12,727 nt of DNA from a virus (Duplodnaviria; Heunggongvirae; Uroviricota; Caudoviricetes). A program made the position numbers and the translations under genes. The stretch lies in IMG/VR virus record IMGVR_UViG_3300035670_000138, positions 64,001 through 76,727 of that record; one strand, given 5' to 3'. Numbering within the stretch: position 1 is the first letter of the stretch; each line of letters opens with the position of its first letter. Below are positions 7,296 to 12,580 of the stretch, in pieces. Under the pieces are notes generated by a model. That model was not told where the DNA came from. It worked only from the letters and a program-made list of their open reading frames with translations, and did no database searches.

Positions 7296-7672
7296 AAAAA
7301 AACTACAAGGTGAAAGGGGTGACGAATGTAGTAAACATACCTCCTCATTCTCCGAAAGCTGAAAGAAGTAATAAAAATTATCAAAAAGGAACTAAGATTG
7401 ACTACATTCATCTAGCTTTACGTCAAAAGTTATTAAAAGCAATTATAACCGGAGGAACAATTGATACGCTTAACCCTAAACTCTATAACTTTGCAATAGA
7501 TTTTCTAAAGTTGGGAAATGATCTTATATATTCATTATTTTGGGGTTGGAATTGCATTACTCCACAAAAATTTGTTAAAATATATCCTAACACCTCGATT
7601 TATAATAAAATATTTGCCGATGAAATAATATTAAGCGATGATAAGTACTTAATAATAAGGAAGAATGTGTGA
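7292..7672 (+). CDS. YPN-module protein 1 (module C-terminal), 126 aa
   Basis: KIYPNTSIYNKIFADEIILSDDKYLIIRK near the C-terminus (Tyr codon at 7583). ATGA overlap with the previous gene. Confidence 0.8.
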   Translation: MKKNYKVKGVTNVVNIPPHSPKAERSNKNYQKGTKIDYIHLALRQKLLKAIITGGTIDTLNPKLYNFAIDFLKLGNDLIYSLFWGWNCITPQKFVKIYPNTSIYNKIFADEIILSDDKYLIIRKNV

Positions 7673-7959
7673 GAATAGGAGATGAGGTATACTTTTCGTT
7701 CTATGCTCACGATAGTAGAATCTATAAAGGTAAAATTTATAGTATTCACAAACACCTAGTTCAAATTCACGATATTGAAAGAGGTCGATTGTTCGAAACT
7801 CCTGCATCTCTAGTATTTTATTGTCTAAAGTATCCTAATACTCTTCTTTTTAAAAAGTTATATGAACATAATATTATTAAAGAGTTGGACAATCATCTGT
7901 GTGTATTAAAGGGATGCTCTGCTGATTATTTTAGGAGGCATTATAGTGGCAAAATCTAA
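7669..7959 (+). CDS. YPN-module protein 2 (SH3/KOW-like N-terminus, module C-terminal), 96 aa
   Basis: GTG start overlapping TGA. 'MRIGDEVYF...KGKIYSI...VQIHD' is a small beta-barrel pattern; LKYPNTLLFKKLYEHN at 7831. Confidence 0.8.
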   Translation: MRIGDEVYFSFYAHDSRIYKGKIYSIHKHLVQIHDIERGRLFETPASLVFYCLKYPNTLLFKKLYEHNIIKELDNHLCVLKGCSADYFRRHYSGKI

Positions 7960-8041
7960 TAGATTTATGCCGTCCCTCAAATATCTGAGTATAGTATTAT
8001 CAGATTATCATTCATTTATTCTCCGAGGTTTGCATGAGTAA
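7946..8041 (+). CDS. Small 31 aa ORF bridging two YPN genes (not in track)
   Basis: GTG at 7946 with AGGAGG 7 nt upstream. MAKSNRFMPSLKYLSIVLSDYHSFILRGLHE*. Overlaps both neighbours. Confidence 0.5.
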   Translation: MAKSNRFMPSLKYLSIVLSDYHSFILRGLHE

Positions 8042-8285
8042 AACTAGAACTATCAAATGTAAAATAGAAAAGACTAATTTCGGACCATACGCTGTTCATG
8101 TATATGCTTCTGACGGAATAGGATCATCATATTACTATTTAGCTTCACATGCTGCTATATTAGTTAACAGTACTTACTATAATGTTGAAAAAAGAGTGCC
8201 AAATACTGAAATATTCCGCAAATTATACCCCGATGCTATAGAAAATGGACAATTTTTGATAATTAGGGAGCTTAAACTTGAGTAG
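8034..8285 (+). CDS. YPN-module protein 3 (module C-terminal), 83 aa
   Basis: KRVPNTEIFRKLYPDAIENGQFLIIRE at 8196; CGAGG SD. Confidence 0.85.
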   Translation: MSKTRTIKCKIEKTNFGPYAVHVYASDGIGSSYYYLASHAAILVNSTYYNVEKRVPNTEIFRKLYPDAIENGQFLIIRELKLE

Positions 8286-8511
8286 AACTGTTGCTTGTCA
8301 CGTAATATCAAAGCTAGAAGACAAATTGTGGATCCTTCAGTTAAATCAGGGTAAACTTAGTTCCTTATGTATAAAAAACGACGATAAAATCCATTATAAT
8401 AAAGTTAAACTATTTCCAAATACTCGAATTTTTAAAGATTTATATCCAGAAGGTATTGAAAATGAAAATTTTTGGGAAATACGATATTTAGATCTTGATA
8501 ATTTAAAATAA
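8278..8511 (+). CDS. YPN-module protein 4 (module C-terminal), 77 aa
   Basis: TTG start with AGGGAG SD 7 nt upstream. KLFPNTRIFKDLYPEGIENENFWEIRY at 8413. Confidence 0.85.
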   Translation: MSRTVACHVISKLEDKLWILQLNQGKLSSLCIKNDDKIHYNKVKLFPNTRIFKDLYPEGIENENFWEIRYLDLDNLK

Positions 8512-8523
8512 ATATGCTATATT
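8495..8523 (+). promoter_or_regulatory. Internal sigma70-type promoter TTGATA-17-TATATT with extended TG
   Basis: -35 at 8495-8500, -10 at 8518-8523, TG at 8515-8516. Sits in the only true intergenic gap of the YPN array. Confidence 0.55.
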
Positions 8524-8543
8524 ATATCTAGGAAGGATGGAAA

Positions 8544-8792
8544 ATGAACAGATTTGCTGACATTTTTGAAGTATTAGCCGAGTTTTATGGATCACATAAT
8601 CTAGGAGTTGCAGTAAAAGTCTCTGTTAACACCGATACATACAGAGAATTACTAGCTTATGATAACTTTATAAAGCAAGAACAAGGAAATTACTCAATAT
8701 ACTCAGCTTTTTACGGTAAAATTCCTGTAGTAATCAATAATAACCTTCCGTCACCATGCCTTTTATTCAAGGATCAGAATGATAACTGTTAA
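8544..8792 (+). CDS. Hypothetical 82 aa protein, possibly with a degenerate YPN module
   Basis: AGGAAGGA SD. VNTDTYRELL aligns to PNTxIF/YRELY but lacks the Pro residues. Confidence 0.75.
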   Translation: MNRFADIFEVLAEFYGSHNLGVAVKVSVNTDTYRELLAYDNFIKQEQGNYSIYSAFYGKIPVVINNNLPSPCLLFKDQNDNC

Positions 8793-9123
8793 ATTTTATC
8801 CAAATTCTTCAATTTTTAAAGAAACTCTTAAGAATTATGTTGAGGTTGGCAATAAACTTAGAGTTATGGAGCTTGATACTGCAAAACATACTGAAAAAAA
8901 TGGACAAGAAGCTACTGACGAAGCTCTGGTTGTGTTAAACGAAATTAATAAATTCACAGAGTTAGATTTAAAAGATGAAAGAGATGTAGTAAACTTGTTG
9001 GCATTGTTTGACGATTTTGCATGTCCTGACGATTATCCAGTAGACACGGCAGAACAATTTATATCTTTCCTTCAAAGACATAGAGATAACATAATAAAGG
9101 CTTACAATGGTTCAGATGTATAA
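8779..9123 (+). CDS. YPN-module protein 5 (module N-terminal), 114 aa
   Basis: MITVKFYPNSSIFKETLKNYVEVGNKLRVME; acidic helical C-terminal domain. Confidence 0.85.
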   Translation: MITVKFYPNSSIFKETLKNYVEVGNKLRVMELDTAKHTEKNGQEATDEALVVLNEINKFTELDLKDERDVVNLLALFDDFACPDDYPVDTAEQFISFLQRHRDNIIKAYNGSDV

Positions 9124-9298
9124 ATACTACCCAAATACTATTATATACAAAGAGATATATCCAAAAGGGAACGAATACAAAGGCTTCTGGAGAGTTCCGA
9201 CAATGAAGATGGAAGTCACCTTTGACGGAACTACATATTATGATATAACCAATCTTCAGGACTATCTAAACCAGTTAGAAGATAAAGGATTACTATGA
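9107..9298 (+). CDS. YPN-module protein 6 (module N-terminal), 63 aa
   Basis: YKYYPNTIIYKEIYPKGNEYKGFWRVP at 9128. Confidence 0.85.
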   Translation: MVQMYKYYPNTIIYKEIYPKGNEYKGFWRVPTMKMEVTFDGTTYYDITNLQDYLNQLEDKGLL

Positions 9299-9519
9299 TA
9301 TACTTCTGGAAAGAAGAGAAGATGTATCCTAACACTAAGATATTCCGAGAATTGTATCCTAATGGTAAGGAATTTCAAGGTAAATGGGCGGTAGAATATC
9401 ATAAAGAAGTACTTAATACAAAAGGATACGAGAGTTCATACAAGCTTCTTGCAGACTTAGCTCAGTTGAGAAGGTACTCGAAAATATTAGGTATAGAAAT
9501 ATTTCAAAAGGATGAGTAG
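9295..9519 (+). CDS. YPN-module protein 7 (module N-terminal), 74 aa
   Basis: EKMYPNTKIFRELYPNGKEFQGKWAVE at 9325; ATGA overlap. Confidence 0.85.
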   Translation: MIYFWKEEKMYPNTKIFRELYPNGKEFQGKWAVEYHKEVLNTKGYESSYKLLADLAQLRRYSKILGIEIFQKDE

Positions 9520-9782
9520 TGTATTATAAATACCACAAGCTAATTAAAAAATTGTACCCCAACTCTAGTATTATTAGAGAGTTATATCCAAATGGTCGAG
9601 AATATAACGGTATGTGGGAAGTTAGTTATACAGGAGAAGTATGGAAAGTATTAAATACCGAAACGAGTCTAAGCTATACCTTTGATTACTACAATAGATT
9701 AGTTAGTGAGGGAATTTTAATTAAATATCATATGACTCGTAGTGAATATTCTGAATGGTTTGATAATAAATATGGGAAATAA
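9519..9782 (+). CDS. YPN-module protein 8 (module N-terminal), 87 aa
   Basis: GTG start overlapping TAG. KKLYPNSSIIRELYPNGREYNGMWEVS at 9555. Confidence 0.85.
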   Translation: MYYKYHKLIKKLYPNSSIIRELYPNGREYNGMWEVSYTGEVWKVLNTETSLSYTFDYYNRLVSEGILIKYHMTRSEYSEWFDNKYGK

Positions 9783-9987
9783 AAGAAATTTAACTGAAAT
9801 TATGTACAGTTGTACAACCTATCCTAACACTGAGTTATATCGGAGATTATATCCATATGCAGAACAGTCAGGTAAGTTCTTGATAACTCGAAAGACTTTT
9901 ATTAGTCCAAAAGCTCCAAAAGTTGTCAGCAAATCAGTTATTGACTTCGAAAAGGTTAAAGTGTTTACGGTAACTCTTTCAGACTAG
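9772..9987 (+). CDS. YPN-module protein 9, about 71 aa
   Basis: CTTYPNTELYRRLYPYAEQSGKFLITR at 9820. ATG 9772 is preferred over track start 9742 because it gives a shorter overlap with the previous gene. Confidence 0.8.
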   Translation: MGNKRNLTEIMYSCTTYPNTELYRRLYPYAEQSGKFLITRKTFISPKAPKVVSKSVIDFEKVKVFTVTLSD

Positions 9988-10018
9988 AAAGTGTAATAAA
10001 TAAATTATAGGAGAATGT

Positions 10019-10195
10019 ATGAAAAAACAATATGTTTACTTAGGTGATGCCAGATTTGAGTATAAATGTCCGAATTGTGGAGAATCAAATTGGATTAGTT
10101 ACTATACCGTAATAGCTCAATTAGACAAGCAAGCTACTGTAAACACAACTTGTTTGGCTTGTAAAGATGATGTAGAGTTGGTTCCCTTACCATAA
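10019..10195 (+). CDS. Zinc-ribbon protein, 58 aa (not in track)
   Basis: MKKQYVYLGDARFEYKCPNCGESNWISYYTVIAQLDKQATVNTTCLACKDDVELVPLP*. CxxC...CxxC; AGGAG SD. Confidence 0.85.
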   Translation: MKKQYVYLGDARFEYKCPNCGESNWISYYTVIAQLDKQATVNTTCLACKDDVELVPLP

Positions 10196-10221
10196 GGTGT
10201 AATAAATTATAAGGAGGATAT

Positions 10222-10518
10222 ATGAAAATTTTATTGTTAGGGTTATTACTTTTAGCAGGTTGCGGAGAAACTGTCTTAAAGGTTCCAGTAGATGAGTACG
10301 GTCATATATCTAACATGAAGAAAGAATGTTCTACTCATAAAGATGCTATTTTTGAAGTGTACGGAAATCTAATAGAATATTACAATTCTGAACGACCGAA
10401 GGGTTATAGCTATGAATTTCAACTAGTTGTTGAATGTAAGTACCGAGATATCACTAAAGTAGTTAAGCAAACAATAGAATACGGGAATAATCCTAAATAT
10501 AAAACTAGATGGTGGTAA
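10222..10518 (+). CDS. Lipoprotein, 98 aa
   Basis: AAGGAGG SD. Signal peptide MKILLLGLLLL followed by lipobox LAG-C (Cys14). Confidence 0.85.
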   Translation: MKILLLGLLLLAGCGETVLKVPVDEYGHISNMKKECSTHKDAIFEVYGNLIEYYNSERPKGYSYEFQLVVECKYRDITKVVKQTIEYGNNPKYKTRWW

Positions 10519-10603
10519 GTGTAATAAATAAATTATAGGGTTATCTGTTTTCTGAGTGATAGCTACACATTCTAACACTCGTAGAACCACCTACCCCCCT
10601 CCC

Positions 10604-10745
10604 TGCAAATCTCATGCCAATAGAATATCCGCAGTACTAATATCGTACTATAGACTTGTCATAGTTCTTGCATTAGCAAATATCGTGCCAATAGAATATC
10701 CGCAGTATATAGGCGAGCATATTGCATGTGCAAGTCTTGTGCCAA
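10604..10745. promoter_or_regulatory. Cluster of sigma54-type -24/-12 boxes
   Basis: Minus strand: TTGGCATGAGATTTGCA (10604-10620), TTGGCACGATATTTGCT (10675-10691), TTGGCACAAGACTTGCA (10729-10745), all GG-N10-GC. Plus strand: TAGGCGAGCATATTGCA (10710-10726) and degenerate TTGTCATAGTTCTTGCA (10656-10672). Confidence 0.7.
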
Positions 10746-10934
10746 CAAACATGGTACTAATCTCATACTATACTGCCAACTATTTGTGGCTTACACAATT
10801 GACTTATAGACTGTTTTTTATGGTCAACCCATACATTGACTAGGATAATTTTATCGCTTGTTATAATCAATTCTAGAGCGTTTTAGAACTATAGACTATT
10901 TTTATTTATTGGCAATTTCCAGAATATCCGAAGC
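10615..10934 (+). repeat. GAATATCCG repeats, block 1
   Basis: 22-bp TGCCAATAGAATATCCGCAGTA at 10615-10636 and 10686-10707; AGAATATCCGAAGC at 10921-10934. Confidence 0.85.
10859..10867 (+). promoter_or_regulatory. Extended -10 promoter TGTTATAAT
   Basis: Perfect TGnTATAAT. TTGACT at 10836-10841 is 20 bp away, so it is probably not the paired -35. Confidence 0.45.
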
Positions 10935-10963
10935 TATCCAGTAATATTTCAGTATAACATTAC

Positions 10964-10993
10964 AGTATATCACATAGTTATATATCAAGTCAA
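10964..10993 (-). promoter_or_regulatory. Leftward sigma70-type promoter TTGACT-18-TATACT with extended TG
   Basis: -35 at 10988-10993, -10 at 10964-10969. Confidence 0.5.
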
Positions 10994-11177
10994 GCAATAT
11001 TTTAGGATAACTATTTATTTTTTTGTCAATATTTATTTTCAATATTCAGTAATTTTTTTATATATGTAATTTTTATAGGGGTAGATTTTCAGAATTATTT
11101 TATTTTGGTATCATATATGTATAAGTCATTCGACTTAACCTAGTTATAGATAAGTTGTCATTATCGCAAAACAAAAC

Positions 11178-11203
11178 GCCCCTAGTCAGGGGCTTCATTT
11201 ATT
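11178..11203 (+). terminator. Rho-independent terminator, possibly bidirectional
   Basis: GCCCCT-AGTC-AGGGGC stem followed by TTCATTTATT; A-rich run on the 5' side. Confidence 0.65.
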
Positions 11204-11227
11204 TAGTGTAATTATTTTATTTTTTTG

Positions 11228-11257
11228 TTGACAAGATATTTTGATGCATGGTATAAT
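11228..11257 (+). promoter_or_regulatory. Strong sigma70-type early promoter TTGACA-18-TATAAT with extended TG
   Basis: Consensus -35 (11228-11233) and -10 (11252-11257) with an upstream T-tract; drives the 11286-12320 operon. Confidence 0.8.
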
Positions 11258-11285
11258 TATATAAGAACATAACAAGGGAAACAAT

Positions 11286-11357
11286 ATGTCAAAACTTTAC
11301 ATGATCGGACTAAATTTTATTACAATGATTATTATCGGCAACATTTTGGGGGTATAA
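11286..11357 (+). CDS. 23 aa hydrophobic peptide (not in track)
   Basis: MSKLYMIGLNFITMIIIGNILGV*. AAGGGA SD; first ORF after the strong promoter; ends in the shared junction motif. Confidence 0.6.
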   Translation: MSKLYMIGLNFITMIIIGNILGV

Positions 11358-11358
11358 C

Positions 11359-11835
11359 ATGGAAAATAAAATTACAATGAACGATGTTTTAAAGGGATAT
11401 GAAACAATCAAAAAAATAATTGACGATAAAATAAATGACTATAACATATGGTTTATTCAATCAAATAATGCCCCTAGTACCTTTAAAGGGATAAAAAAAT
11501 ACTACAATGAAAATAGTATGTTATTAGTATATAACGGCGGGGATCATGGCTTACTAGGTCAAGAGTATAACGTCAAGTTTAGAGCATTGCATGACTATAT
11601 GCATATTAAATTTAACTTATCGTTCAGTTATGACGATGAGAAGAAATTATCAGATATAACTAGTACAATGTTTAGTCTATATGCATATGATTCTTTAAAT
11701 TGTACTCAATGGGAATCATACGTTATTAAAATGATTTTATCTGCTGAAATTAAGGGGCAAATTGAGTACTACGAGCAAAATAAGAGTTATGTTGTAGATC
11801 AAACAAAATTTATTTTAAACTATATGGGGGCATAA
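11359..11835 (+). CDS. Hypothetical 158 aa protein with FRALHDYMH motif (putative metal-binding HDxxH)
   Basis: NVKFRALHDYMH...FSYDDE...AEIKGQ. GGGGGT SD. Confidence 0.85.
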   Translation: MENKITMNDVLKGYETIKKIIDDKINDYNIWFIQSNNAPSTFKGIKKYYNENSMLLVYNGGDHGLLGQEYNVKFRALHDYMHIKFNLSFSYDDEKKLSDITSTMFSLYAYDSLNCTQWESYVIKMILSAEIKGQIEYYEQNKSYVVDQTKFILNYMGA

Positions 11836-11836
11836 G

Positions 11837-11992
11837 ATGACTAAACAAGATTTAATTAAGAAAATAGATGAGATTGATTTAAAGATATTTGTATACTCGC
11901 AATTTTGGGGTAACAATAGCGATGAGATAAAACAGCTAGTTGATCTTAAGAATGAACTAGATAAACAATATTTAGAATTAATGGGGGTATAA
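11837..11992 (+). CDS. Small helical-hairpin protein, 51 aa (not in track)
   Basis: MTKQDLIKKIDEIDLKIFVYSQFWGNNSDEIKQLVDLKNELDKQYLELMGV*. Exactly fills the gap, with 1-nt junctions on both sides. Confidence 0.8.
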   Translation: MTKQDLIKKIDEIDLKIFVYSQFWGNNSDEIKQLVDLKNELDKQYLELMGV

Positions 11993-11993
11993 G

Positions 11994-12320
11994 ATGAACA
12001 GACATGAATTATTAGATCAATTACAAATGATATTGGATAATAAAGATATTTACAAGATCGAGGATAAAATAACTAATTATGTTAAGGGAGAATTATTTGA
12101 GATATCCGATTTATACGGGATCAAGTTAACTAAGTACTCAAAATACTCTGATTTTAATTTAATCTTGAATGATCTTAAAATAAAGTTTTACTTAGATATA
12201 AAAAATGCTGAAAATAGTTTTGATGACATTATTGATCTAGTTGATACCTACAATAAAATTAGTTATGATATTGACAGGGTACAGAAACGAGTCAATCAAT
12301 TTATGAATATTTTAAAGTAA
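11994..12320 (+). CDS. Hypothetical helical protein, 108 aa
   Basis: GGGGGT SD; last gene before the terminator. Confidence 0.8.
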   Translation: MNRHELLDQLQMILDNKDIYKIEDKITNYVKGELFEISDLYGIKLTKYSKYSDFNLILNDLKIKFYLDIKNAENSFDDIIDLVDTYNKISYDIDRVQKRVNQFMNILK

Positions 12321-12321
12321 T

Positions 12322-12350
12322 GGGGGGGGGCTTGTATGGCCCCTTTTCTT
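12322..12350 (+). terminator. Rho-independent terminator
   Basis: GGGGC-TTGTATG-GCCCC followed by TTTTCTT, immediately after the 12320 stop. Confidence 0.8.
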
Positions 12351-12362
12351 ATTGCCAACTTC

Positions 12363-12527
12363 TGGAATATCCGTAGTTATTTCATAACGTACGAATGGAA
12401 TATCCGTAGTTATTTCATAGAATATCCGAAGCATATAATTTTTATAGGGTACTTGACAACACAGGAATTTTATGTTATACTGTAATTTGATTCAAAATTT
12501 GATTGCTTGTTAACGGAATATCCGTAG
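12363..12527 (+). repeat. GAATATCCG repeats, block 2
   Basis: 24-bp TGGAATATCCGTAGTTATTTCATA at 12363-12386 and 12396-12419; AGAATATCCGAAGC at 12419-12432; GGAATATCCGTAG at 12515-12527. Confidence 0.85.
12453..12481 (+). promoter_or_regulatory. Sigma70-type promoter TTGACA-17-TATACT with extended TG
   Basis: -35 at 12453-12458, -10 at 12476-12481. Confidence 0.7.
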
Positions 12528-12550
12528 CTATATGTGAAGGCTAAACTTTC

Positions 12551-12580
12551 AGTATATCATATCATACTAGTGTTTGTCAA
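12551..12580 (-). promoter_or_regulatory. Leftward sigma70-type promoter TTGACA-18-TATACT with extended TG
   Basis: -35 at 12575-12580, -10 at 12551-12556; converges on the 12453-12481 promoter. Confidence 0.6.

Larger units (their letters stand above)
9989..10539 (+). repeat. Three copies of intergenic motif (AA)GTGTAATAAA(TAAA)TTATA(A)GG
   Basis: AAGTGTAATAAATAAATTATAGG is identical at 9989-10011 and 10517-10539; shorter GTGTAATAAATTATAAGG at 10197-10214. Each begins within a few bases of a stop codon. Confidence 0.85.

Noticed and set aside
7211-7411. Track ORF, minus strand, 66 aa
   Set aside because: Antisense across the 7032/7292 junction; no supporting signals.
7292-9987. YPN array as one recoded or frameshifted long gene, or a DGR target set
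   Set aside because: ORFs are in different frames with their own SDs and canonical overlaps; TAA, TAG and TGA all act as stops; no template/variable repeat pair or reverse transcriptase.
10556-10843. Track ORF, plus strand, 95 aa
   Set aside because: GTG start without SD, atypical composition, and it runs across the sigma54 boxes and direct repeats; better explained as non-coding.
11024-11029. Minus-strand TTGACA here (and at 12601-12606) as promoters
   Set aside because: No acceptable -10 at 16-18 bp spacing.
12363-12432. Possible mini-CRISPR array
   Set aside because: The 24-bp repeats are separated by only 9 nt and the third copy abuts directly; no spacer-length unique sequences and no cas genes.
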